Source of the DNA: Bacteroidota bacterium
Lineage (GTDB): Bacteria > Bacteroidota > Bacteroidia > UBA10329
Length of the DNA stretch: 55,660 nucleotides
Direction: 5' to 3'
Assembly (NCBI GenBank): GCA_046047575.1
Contig: JBJOHR010000178.1
Span: forward strand, 1 to 55,660
Part shown: piece by piece, positions 16,632 to 25,320 of the stretch
Layout of the letters: every line of letters starts with the position of its first letter
Numbering within the stretch: the stretch's first letter is position 1
Program-made: the position numbers and the translations under genes
Notes under the pieces: generated by a model
The model's input: the letters and a program-made list of their open reading frames with translations, nothing else
Database searches by the model: none
Told to the model about the DNA's origin: nothing

Positions 16632-19238
16632 TCTACCGCCCAAAACAGTAGAAAGCTTGTTTACGCTTTTTTGGCCAGAATCATTAAAGGCCTCAAAGAG
16701 AATTACATACATTCCAATACGCGCTTTTTCTCCCTTGTCCGTTGTGCCATCCCAAGTGAACACTCCTTCGGTTGAAAGCAATTCGTTGGTTGCCAATTCC
16801 CGAATAGCCCTTCCGTTGCTGTCGTAAACACGGATTGTTCCTACAAAGCCAGGGCCGGGAAAGCGGTAGTAAATATTCAGTAGGTCGTTGGTCCCGTCAA
16901 AGTCAAAGGGAGAGAAGATCTCTGGTTCTACGCTCACTTCGCCAACCGCCTGATTTGTGGGGAAAAACTGCGAATTCTCAAGCCCGGGTGTGCCAAACCC
17001 GACCGTTTGCGCGGCTGAGTGCCAATTGCCCATATCGCTCACTGGACGGTTCACATCCAGTCGTTCCAACGAAACCCCGTCTACGCTGCTAAGTAGCGAG
17101 AAATGCATGTCTTCGGTGTAAGCAAAGCGTTCGCTAACCAAGGAGTCCACCGTGAGCAGATAGACTGTGCCCGAATCGTTGTTGTATGTAGGGAGCGATG
17201 CCAAGATGAAATTGCCAATACCGTGTTGAATGTAGTTGGTCATGACATTCGTTGTGTCGGGTGTGATCAACACGTAGCCATCTGGCTCTACTGCATAATT
17301 CGATGCTGTTATCCTCTTCAGGCTATTGATGCCGTCCTCTTCGTCAAAATTGGCCAGCAACCAGCCCTTAAGATTCAGTGGTCGGTCAGTCACATTCGCC
17401 AATTCTACGTAATCTACACCTCCGGTAAACGGATTGAAAAGCACTTCATTGATGACAAAATCTCCAGAGTCGGCATCGAATGGAAGAATGAAAGTTGACA
17501 CGGAATCCATTTCCTGCAAATTGCCTTCGCAGTCCGCTATACCGGTAATGGTAACAGAATAAACCACCCCAGTGTCGATAGGCGTACTGAAGGTGACCAA
17601 AATAGAGCGATTGCTTGGTGCAATTGAGCTTGCTGCGACTACGAGAAGCATTGGTTCCACCGAAACATTCAGCGCAGAAATGCCTGTAGCATCCAACGCC
17701 TCGTCCAGATTAAGTTGAATCGTTTGCGTTCCGAGTATTTCAACATTGATCAAGGACGGGCCTATGGTGTCGGGAGATGAATCGAAAACGGAATTCACTG
17801 CTGAAGGCGTACCTCCTAAGGGATGAACAGAACCAAGCCAATTACTGGCATTGACGCACGATGCAAACGGGTTGATCTGTTCAATGGAATAACCACCGTC
17901 TTCCTTGGTTTCATCCCCATACCAGCTCAGGTCGTAACTTAATTGGTCAATTACCTGTTCGTTGGCATCCTGAAGGATTATATCGTCTCCAGTGTTATTC
18001 AGTGATGGAAATGATGTAACCGTCACCACATTGGGATAAAAGGCAAACAGTTCCACATTGGTGGTAGATACCAATAAAGCGTATTCCCCTGGACCAATGA
18101 TATGTGCACCAACAGTTCCGAACGATGAAGCATCGCCCAGCTTCCAATCAGATAAGTCGATGAAGTTGTTCGATGTATTGAAAACCTCCACAAATTCAGC
18201 ATCGGCCAAGCCAACAAAAGGTGTTGGGTCGCACATGAACTCGTTAATCACTACATCTCGGAATCCTGCCGAGGAAGGAATGACATAAATGAACGGCTCG
18301 GTAACAGTTATCATGGGGTTGCCTGCTAGGTCCTCCACATTGGAGATCGAAAGGCCGTAAGTCGTTCCGTTTGTGAACTGCGTTGTAAAGGTCAAATGAA
18401 CCAAGCTTTGGTCAGAACCATCAAGCTGTGCAACAGATGGGGTTCCCAATCCACCATCAGCAGAATAATTGGTCAATGTTTCCGCAGTTGTCTGGTCAAC
18501 TGGTTCGCTGAATTCAATATCAACCTGCGTGTTGGAAATCACGTTAACCGATTGAACCGTTGGGAGTTCGCTGTCCACAAACGGGTTTCCCGTAACATTG
18601 AAATCATCGAAATAGAACTTGTCAGAACGCGTGCTGGTGTACTTGCACCAGACGCCTGAGTACAAACTTTGGAAGTGGGTGGTGTCACTCACTGTTCCAA
18701 TGCTGGTAAAAGATACTCCGCCAGAAGTGTCGGCAAATAGTTCCCAATCCGCGTTGGCGCTGCGAGTAACCCGGATTCTAGTTCCAACCGGGTCGGTGTT
18801 AAGAAGCCCATCAACTGAGGTGATCAATTGGGTTGATGAAGTGCCAGACTGTCGGTAAAGACTGATCCTATCTTCGGTCTCACCTCCGAATCGCACGTAA
18901 TAACCATTAAGACTGCCTTTCAGATCGGCATTGTTTGATACCAGATAAACACGAGCCAAATTGCTTGATGACGGGTTGAATTCCATATCTACCAAGAACT
19001 CCCACGTTGCATCGTCAATAGCTTCACTAGCAACCGAAAGATAAGACGTATCCGTTTCGGCAGGAGCATTCAAATGGAGCTTCTGGTTACCATCTACCTC
19101 GAAGTTGACCATGTTACCGCCCCATGCCGGATTGGCCGTGAAATTTCCATCGGAAAAGTCATCCACAAATTGTCCCATGCTTACCAAAGGAAGAATCAGG
19201 AGCAAGAAGGCGGCTATTGTTTGTTTATTAAATGGCAT
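16626..19238 (-). CDS. Large secreted multidomain protein with two lamin-tail (LTD) domains and Ig-like modules
   Basis: ORF 16626..19298. ATG 19238 gives the signal peptide MPFNKQTIAAFLLLILPLVSMGQ. The LTD signature occurs twice (VVINEFMCDPTP..AEFVEVFNTS..LSDWKL and FVINEVLFNPFTGGVDYVELANVT..LKGWLL). SbsA-Ig-like segments are present (PTVQSVNVISNTQVDIEFSEPVD). The C-terminus is a beta-sandwich (GTIRVYDSNGRAIREL..GMYVILFEAF). Confidence 0.75.
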   Translation of the reverse strand: MPFNKQTIAAFLLLILPLVSMGQFVDDFSDGNFTANPAWGGNMVNFEVDGNQKLHLNAPAETDTSYLSVASEAIDDATWEFLVDMEFNPSSSNLARVYLVSNNADLKGSLNGYYVRFGGETEDRISLYRQSGTSSTQLITSVDGLLNTDPVGTRIRVTRSANADWELFADTSGGVSFTSIGTVSDTTHFQSLYSGVWCKYTSTRSDKFYFDDFNVTGNPFVDSELPTVQSVNVISNTQVDIEFSEPVDQTTAETLTNYSADGGLGTPSVAQLDGSDQSLVHLTFTTQFTNGTTYGLSISNVEDLAGNPMITVTEPFIYVIPSSAGFRDVVINEFMCDPTPFVGLADAEFVEVFNTSNNFIDLSDWKLGDASSFGTVGAHIIGPGEYALLVSTTNVELFAFYPNVVTVTSFPSLNNTGDDIILQDANEQVIDQLSYDLSWYGDETKEDGGYSIEQINPFASCVNASNWLGSVHPLGGTPSAVNSVFDSSPDTIGPSLINVEILGTQTIQLNLDEALDATGISALNVSVEPMLLVVAASSIAPSNRSILVTFSTPIDTGVVYSVTITGIADCEGNLQEMDSVSTFILPFDADSGDFVINEVLFNPFTGGVDYVELANVTDRPLNLKGWLLANFDEEDGINSLKRITASNYAVEPDGYVLITPDTTNVMTNYIQHGIGNFILASLPTYNNDSGTVYLLTVDSLVSERFAYTEDMHFSLLSSVDGVSLERLDVNRPVSDMGNWHSAAQTVGFGTPGLENSQFFPTNQAVGEVSVEPEIFSPFDFDGTNDLLNIYYRFPGPGFVGTIRVYDSNGRAIRELATNELLSTEGVFTWDGTTDKGEKARIGMYVILFEAFNDSGQKSVNKLSTVLGGRL

Positions 19239-19278
19239 TCGTTGCAATTTGACCCAAAGGCAAGGAGGGTAAATATAG

Positions 19279-19286
19279 TACTTTTG
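19279..19286 (+). promoter_or_regulatory. Bacteroidota -7 promoter box (TACTTTTG)
   Basis: Exact TAnnTTTG match 35 nt upstream of the asd ATG at 19322. Confidence 0.4.
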
Positions 19287-19321
19287 ACTACGGTTCAAGT
19301 TTAACCCTTCGTTAGCGAATT

Positions 19322-20320
19322 ATGAGAATTGCAATTGTTGGCGCCACTGGTTTGGTAGGTCGAGAAATGCTTACTGTTCTAGAGGAACGCAAGGTACCTA
19401 TCACTGAACTTTATCCGGTCGCATCAGAAAGATCTGTGGGCACCACCATTCTGTTCAATGGAAAAGAGATCAAGGTGATTGGAATGAAACAGGCCATTTC
19501 GTTACGGCCAGATTTCGCACTCTTCTCGGCCGGTGGCAGCACCTCATTAGCATGGGCGCCCAAATTCGCTGAGGTGGGTACAATGGTCATTGACAATTCA
19601 TCTGCTTGGCGGATGGAGCCCAACGTACCCTTGATAGTGCCAGAAGTTAACATGGGTGCAACGTTGAACAGCGGAAACATCATTGCAAATCCAAATTGTT
19701 CAACCATTCAATTGGTTGTGGCACTGGCGCCATTGCATAAGGCATTCGGGTTAAAAAGGGTAATAGTAAGTACGTATCAGTCTGTCACCGGAACGGGAAA
19801 GGCAGCCATGCTACAGCTTGAGGATGAAGAAAGCGGAAAGCCATCAACTGCTCCGGCCTACAAATACCAGATTCATCGCAACTGTATACCGCAGTGTGAT
19901 GTTTTCCTAGACAATGGTTATACCAAGGAAGAAATGAAGTTGGTTAACGAGAGCCGAAAAATCCTTGGCCAACCAAATCTAAGGCTTACGGCTACGGCAG
20001 TCCGTGTTCCGGTAGTAGGAGGGCACTCAGAGTCGGTCAACGTTTCTTTTGAAAAACCAGCAACCGTTAAGAAGATCAAAGAGGTGCTGATCAATGCAGA
20101 TGGAATCGTATTACAAGATGAGCCTCAGAACAGCATTTATCCCATGCCATTAAGCTCCCACCGAAAGAACGATGTTTTTGTGGGAAGAATACGAAAAGAC
20201 GAAAGCGAGGAGAATGCATTCAATCTCTGGATCGTGGCTGACAACCTGAGAAAGGGGGCTGCTACCAATGCGATTCAGATTCTTGAAAACCTACTCAAAG
20301 CGAATACGGCCCAACCATGA
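19322..20320 (+). CDS. asd: Aspartate-semialdehyde dehydrogenase
   Basis: MRIAIVGATGLVGREM Rossmann N-terminus. IANPNCSTIQ active-site Cys. GHSESVNV. Length 332 aa. Confidence 0.92.
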   Translation: MRIAIVGATGLVGREMLTVLEERKVPITELYPVASERSVGTTILFNGKEIKVIGMKQAISLRPDFALFSAGGSTSLAWAPKFAEVGTMVIDNSSAWRMEPNVPLIVPEVNMGATLNSGNIIANPNCSTIQLVVALAPLHKAFGLKRVIVSTYQSVTGTGKAAMLQLEDEESGKPSTAPAYKYQIHRNCIPQCDVFLDNGYTKEEMKLVNESRKILGQPNLRLTATAVRVPVVGGHSESVNVSFEKPATVKKIKEVLINADGIVLQDEPQNSIYPMPLSSHRKNDVFVGRIRKDESEENAFNLWIVADNLRKGAATNAIQILENLLKANTAQP

Positions 20321-21945
20321 AACGGCTTGTTCTGTTGTATGCCGTAATCTGCTCATTCAAACTTAGTGCGCAAGAAAAATTCAGTTATCCGAACAATCTG
20401 AGATGGTCAGATGAGGCCGATCAGGGCATCTATCCATGCATGGACACCATGAAGGTTTTCGGATTTAAGCATGTTGCAGACATAAGTTTAATCCTTCCGT
20501 CTTGGAGGCCAGTAGTAAACCACGACACCGTGTCCGTACTGGAAGGGCTGATCATGCCCATTCCTGGGCATCAAGCCTATGCGTTCGGTGTTCCGCATGT
20601 TAGTTTCGAAGACCTACCGCTGTATCATTATACACACGATTTTTCCTTCAATGTATTCCCAGATCAAGGATACCGCAATCTTCTTTCTAGACACATTAAA
20701 ATTCGCAAGGATAGCATAGGAAACGAATTTCGCGATACCCTTGTGCGCGATTGGGTTCACTGCGAATGGGAAAGCGGACTGGCGGCTGGAAACAAAGGGA
20801 ACAAGTACGCCAAGTTGTGCCGAACGGGCAGCAGTGCCGGATTTGCATCAGAAGGCCACGAGCGTTACGATGTAATCTGGAATTGGCCGACTGCAGGAGA
20901 CTGGGTACATGTTGAAGGGCTTTGGATCTGGGACCGTGGTCATCCACCTGCTAAAACAGAAATCCACCCAATGCGACTGTTAGTTACTAGAAGAAACCTT
21001 CCAGATAAGATACTTTCTGCAAAAGGCGATAGCGTATTCGCTACGAAGGTCGATATTTACGCCAATGGAGATGGAAGCGCCTTTTACAACAATCAAGACA
21101 CTGGACAATGGGTGCGGCCAGTCAAAATGGGTTCCAAAGATTATTTCTTCCGCGTTAGACAAACGTTGCCCAGACCATCCAAAAATGCTCAACTCAAATA
21201 CCTAGTCGCTGACCAAAAGGGAAACACATACACCGAACCTATCCGCATTAGCGTATTCAACACTTTGGATTCTGCCGGTGCAGAGGTTTATGTGCCTTGG
21301 AAAACTATTGGTATAGGCGATTCGATAACACTTGGGAAAACACTGTTTCTATATTGGGACGAAGCCAATGGCGTTGCAGAAGATTACCCTATCACCACTT
21401 ATAAAATCAGTCTAGAACGACTACGGATAAGGCGGCTTTCAGAAGTGTTTTTCCTTACTCCTGCTGAGTTGCGGATGTTTGCGGATGTCGGTGGTCAGTA
21501 CATTTTCGTCAATGAATTTGTCACTAAACGAAAAGACATTCTACGAGCAGGCCTTGGGAAGACTATTCTGCGGAATTGGAAAATTAATAAATCGTTCACC
21601 ATACATGTTCCTCACGATAGGGCTTTCAGGATCTATGTTGGTGGATGGGAAGCAGATGGTGTTGACAAGGTAATGGGCCACATAGTAGATCAGAATGCCG
21701 AATGTATATCGGAACTAAAAGAGCGCATAAACGACCTCATGTTAGACCCAACGCCCGTAGGATACGGTGGTTGTGAAGACGACAATATGGGAGAATCTAT
21801 CGTGTTCCACTCCCCGTTAGAACTTGGAAAGGGAGGTGTTTTCGTTTCATCCGGTGATGGAAATTCTTACACTGAAAATTGTCCACTTGGTAAACGAACT
21901 CCAGTAGATTTTCACCGATTGGAATATTCAATCCAAATAAAATAG
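20317..21945 (+). CDS. Orphan secreted protein, 542 aa, Trp-rich; no recognisable family
   Basis: Signal peptide MKRLVLLYAVICSFKLSAQ. ATGA overlap with the asd stop. The Trp/His-rich core is RDWVHCEWESG..YDVIWNWPTAGDWVHVEGLWIWDRGHPPAKTEIHP. The C-terminal half carries paired Cys residues (GGCEDDNMGE, ENCPLGKR). Confidence 0.7.
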   Translation: MKRLVLLYAVICSFKLSAQEKFSYPNNLRWSDEADQGIYPCMDTMKVFGFKHVADISLILPSWRPVVNHDTVSVLEGLIMPIPGHQAYAFGVPHVSFEDLPLYHYTHDFSFNVFPDQGYRNLLSRHIKIRKDSIGNEFRDTLVRDWVHCEWESGLAAGNKGNKYAKLCRTGSSAGFASEGHERYDVIWNWPTAGDWVHVEGLWIWDRGHPPAKTEIHPMRLLVTRRNLPDKILSAKGDSVFATKVDIYANGDGSAFYNNQDTGQWVRPVKMGSKDYFFRVRQTLPRPSKNAQLKYLVADQKGNTYTEPIRISVFNTLDSAGAEVYVPWKTIGIGDSITLGKTLFLYWDEANGVAEDYPITTYKISLERLRIRRLSEVFFLTPAELRMFADVGGQYIFVNEFVTKRKDILRAGLGKTILRNWKINKSFTIHVPHDRAFRIYVGGWEADGVDKVMGHIVDQNAECISELKERINDLMLDPTPVGYGGCEDDNMGESIVFHSPLELGKGGVFVSSGDGNSYTENCPLGKRTPVDFHRLEYSIQIK

Positions 21946-22029
21946 CGGTGTAGCAAGACTTTGCAACTATGTCTCATATATGGGGAACTTGCTATTTTAG
22001 CCAATTATTGAGAAAATAAACATTTGGTC

Positions 22030-23826
22030 ATGATGAAAGGTCTATATTCAAAATGTGTTCTGGTTGTGCTGTTGGCCATTGGTTATCAGCTTGCTACAGC
22101 TCAGGTTACCAACTTCGGGAATCTCAACGTTCAAAATGGTGCGGTCCTCTACATTGATAATTCACTCGACAACAAAGTCGGAGCAACCATTGACAACAAC
22201 GGTACCATTCAGATCTCTGGAGACCTGAATAATTCTGGGACTCCGACCTTGGATAAGCACATTGTTTTATATGGTTCAGACCCACAATCAATTACGGGAA
22301 ACACCGTTTTTACTGGAGTGATTGAGGTAGACAAATCGGGAAACACCGCCATCGTCAGCTCAGGGACTGTGGAGGTCGATAGTATTCTCCGTTTGAATTC
22401 TGGCACGATGAACGCCAATGGCAATGTGGTCATACGGTCTACTAACAGCCTTACTGGATTGGTAGATGACTTCTCTAGCCCAAGTTATGATGGGACTCTC
22501 ACTGGAAACCTCCGTATGCAACGATATGTTCCGACAGCAGGGTTTCATTATATCGGAAGCGCAGTTAACAATGCTAGCGTAAGTGAGCTTTCCGAATTAG
22601 GATTGTATGGCCCAGATGGTGGACAACTTATTCCTCAGCCTGACTGCGCCTATTATGCCTTGGCCTACGGTTCACCATATGGTGTAATGTTTGAGTGGCA
22701 CGAAGATGGAAGCTGGCTTGTGCCTGGGTGTCAACAATCGGGTTGGTTCGTTAGGTCTTTAGGAAATATGACCAATGCGCGTGGTTATGCTATTATTGCC
22801 GGTGCGGGTCAAACTTTAGAAATTGGTGGTGGAGTAGCGAACACTTCCGAAGTTTCTACGGTTTCGTATAACGGTTTAGCAAATACCAACGCCACAGGAG
22901 ACGGATGGCACTTGGTTAGCAACCCATTTCCTTCTCCGATGGTTTGGTTTGCCCCACCGGCTGGTTTTGACGCACAAGCTCACTTCTGGCAAACTTCGGG
23001 TAGTTACAATGGGACTTATCAGGCAATACTTCCTAGTCCTGCGGCATTAATATCCTCGTCCCAAGCTTTCTATGTTCGTGCCTCTGCTGGACCTGCTAAT
23101 TTCGCTCTGCCACAGTCTTACAGAAGTCTTGGCAATCCCGCATTCTTCAAAGAAGATTTAGCCAATACTTTCGACATCATAGTGGAAGCAGATGGTTTTG
23201 CAGATAAGACTCGTGTTCGTTTTGGCGATGATGGTGAGACAAACAACTTTGACTCCATGCTTGACGCCAATAAAATTAAAGCACCAGGTGCACAGCCTAC
23301 ACTTAAAACAAGATTACGCGGGGTTGATTACGCTATAAACTCACTATCATTAGAAGACCACCCAATGACTGTTCCTATGGACTTGATTCCGGGGATTTCT
23401 GGTGAGTTCAAGTTCACTGCAAAATTGCTTGAACAATTCACCGTTGAAGCTCATGTTTATTTAGAGGACCTCAAAAAGAATGTGATTCAAGAGTTGACGG
23501 TGAATCCTGTGTACACTTTTACAGCTGATGAGTCCGATGACCCTGAACGTTTTTTACTTCACTTCAGACTCAATGGAGAAGAACCGTTGTACACTGGAGA
23601 TGATATTGTGATGTATGCTCACGACAACAGCGCTTACCTGTTCTTACCAGAATTGGAAGGCCGAGCTCAGTTGGAGGTTTTCAGTGCTATCGGTGAACTG
23701 GTTTACTTCACAAGTGATTTGTATGAAGGGAAAAACCAAATCAACCTTGATAATCTAGCTACTGGAACCTATATTCTACGAGCACTGGTAAACAACAAAC
23801 CAATAACGAAAAAGGTAATCCTTTAG
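22030..23826 (+). CDS. T9SS cargo protein: beta-helix-like N-terminal region plus a C-terminal sorting domain
   Basis: ORF 22024..23826 (TTG, with ATG at 22030). Signal peptide LVVLLAIGYQLATAQ. Asn/Gly-rich repeats (NVQNGAVLYIDNSLDNKVGATIDNNGTIQISGDLNNSG). T9SS CTD at the end (LEVFSAIGELVY..LATGTYILRALVNNKPITKKVIL). Confidence 0.8.
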   Translation: MMKGLYSKCVLVVLLAIGYQLATAQVTNFGNLNVQNGAVLYIDNSLDNKVGATIDNNGTIQISGDLNNSGTPTLDKHIVLYGSDPQSITGNTVFTGVIEVDKSGNTAIVSSGTVEVDSILRLNSGTMNANGNVVIRSTNSLTGLVDDFSSPSYDGTLTGNLRMQRYVPTAGFHYIGSAVNNASVSELSELGLYGPDGGQLIPQPDCAYYALAYGSPYGVMFEWHEDGSWLVPGCQQSGWFVRSLGNMTNARGYAIIAGAGQTLEIGGGVANTSEVSTVSYNGLANTNATGDGWHLVSNPFPSPMVWFAPPAGFDAQAHFWQTSGSYNGTYQAILPSPAALISSSQAFYVRASAGPANFALPQSYRSLGNPAFFKEDLANTFDIIVEADGFADKTRVRFGDDGETNNFDSMLDANKIKAPGAQPTLKTRLRGVDYAINSLSLEDHPMTVPMDLIPGISGEFKFTAKLLEQFTVEAHVYLEDLKKNVIQELTVNPVYTFTADESDDPERFLLHFRLNGEEPLYTGDDIVMYAHDNSAYLFLPELEGRAQLEVFSAIGELVYFTSDLYEGKNQINLDNLATGTYILRALVNNKPITKKVIL

Positions 23827-23857
23827 GTTATTCGGTTGCTGATGATAAACTTATGAC

Positions 23858-23889
23858 AAAGGCCCTGACTCTGTCAGGGCCTTTTCTTT
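23858..23889 (+). terminator. Rho-independent terminator after the T9SS cargo gene
   Basis: Perfect 12-bp stem AAAGGCCCTGAC / GTCAGGGCCTTT with loop TCT, followed by TCTTT. Confidence 0.8.
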
Positions 23890-24272
23890 AAATCGGCCAC
23901 CTAAATACAAACAGAAGCTAGCTTTGGATCCTTGCTAGCAGGTTTATAATTGTCCTCTATTTAGGGCATTTCGTTTGCCCGCAAAATCCCACTCAAACAA
24001 TCTTGATTCACATCACGATACCTTAAGGGCCGTATCAAGTGTAATTCTTACTGTTTTCATTTTACTGTTCTTGCATATCCTAGATGGGATTGGCAAAACA
24101 TTGCTAACACGCTATGTTTAAAACTACAAATGAGCGGATGTTTTCCAAGGGTGCTCTAACTGTATAATTGTCAGACAAACCCCGACCATGATTCTCACAG
24201 GACTACTTTTTGCCGGAGTACTTGCGACTTACATCTATTTCCTTTTGGCCGAAGAAATGGCCAAATAGTACC

Positions 24273-24899
24273 TCATTCTGATTCCGCAGCAAAGAATTGC
24301 TTCTGAAACAGAATGATCAATGCCATGCCGACCGTAATGGCTGCATCGGCAATGTTGAATATCGCACTGAAAAACAGAAACTGATTGCCCCCCACCAACG
24401 GAAGCCAATCTGGGAATTGCCCATTGAAAAGGGGGAAATAGAACATATCAACCACTCTGCCATAAAATATTCCGGCATATCCGCCACCTTCGGGCAATAC
24501 GTCTGCTACGCGGCCATAGCTATCAGAAAAAATCAACCCATAAAATGTGCTATCAATGATATTTCCCATGGCACCGGCAAAGACAAGGGCCAAGGAAACC
24601 AACACGATCATAGGTGCACCTTTTTTCGAAACCGACCATAAATAATACCCGATGCCAGCTACGGCAACAATCCTAAAGATGCTAAGAGCTAGTTTGCCAT
24701 AGTTTCCACCAAACTCCATTCCAAAGGCCATTCCGACATTCTCTGTGAAGTGGATGATGAACCAATCAAATATCACATGTTCCTGTCCTAAGGCCATGTG
24801 TGTTTTTATCCACAGCTTTAACGCTTGGTCAGCAATCAGAACAGAAAGAATTATCGCTATTGCTTTCCTCAAAAGTGAAAAATAAAAGAGGTCACGCAA
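24273..24899 (-). CDS. lspA: Lipoprotein signal peptidase (signal peptidase II)
   Basis: Motifs LIADQALK, TENVGMAFGM (N-x-G-x-AFG) and FNIADAAITVG. There is no ATG before the conserved N-terminal helix, so the start is TTG (24899). Confidence 0.88.
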   Translation of the reverse strand: MRDLFYFSLLRKAIAIILSVLIADQALKLWIKTHMALGQEHVIFDWFIIHFTENVGMAFGMEFGGNYGKLALSIFRIVAVAGIGYYLWSVSKKGAPMIVLVSLALVFAGAMGNIIDSTFYGLIFSDSYGRVADVLPEGGGYAGIFYGRVVDMFYFPLFNGQFPDWLPLVGGNQFLFFSAIFNIADAAITVGMALIILFQKQFFAAESE

Positions 24900-24931
24900 G
24901 ACCCCAAGATGTCTCGACTAAGAAACGAATA

Positions 24932-25309
24932 TCAACCTTGAGCGTTCTTGGCCTCAATACTCAATGTCGCATGCGGAACGATACGCAATCTCTCCTTGGC
25001 AATGAGTTTTCCTGTGGCTCTACATATGCCATATGTGCCATTCTGTATCCTGATCAAGGCATTCTCCAAACTCTGAACAAATTTCTGTTGTCTTGAGGCC
25101 AACTGATTGATCTCCTCACGGGAAAGGACTTCTGAGCCTTCGTCCATCAATTTGAAAGTTGGTGACGTATCATCTGTGCCGTGATCATCTTTGTGCGAAA
25201 GTTGATCAACCAAAAGCTGTAGATCTTCTCTTGCCTTTTCAAGCTTTTCATTGATAATGGTCTTGAATTCTTCCAACTCCTCTTTCGAATATCTGGTCTT
25301 CTCTGCCAT
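24932..25309 (-). CDS. DksA/TraR-family regulator (coiled coil plus degenerate C4 zinc-finger region)
   Basis: Coiled-coil N-terminus (EELEEFKTIINEKLEKAREDLQ). C-terminus: YGICRATGKLIAKERLRIVPHATLSIEAK. It sits between ileS and lspA. Confidence 0.75.
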   Translation of the reverse strand: MAEKTRYSKEELEEFKTIINEKLEKAREDLQLLVDQLSHKDDHGTDDTSPTFKLMDEGSEVLSREEINQLASRQQKFVQSLENALIRIQNGTYGICRATGKLIAKERLRIVPHATLSIEAKNAQG

Positions 25310-25320
25310 GTCTTCTGATT

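Noticed and set aside
23917-23940. Two GCTAGC sites flanking GGATCC (gctagctttggatccttgctagc), looking like an inverted repeat or engineered polylinker
   Set aside because: The arms are not truly complementary beyond the self-palindromic hexamers, and there is no further vector-like sequence. It is kept only as part of the spacer finding.
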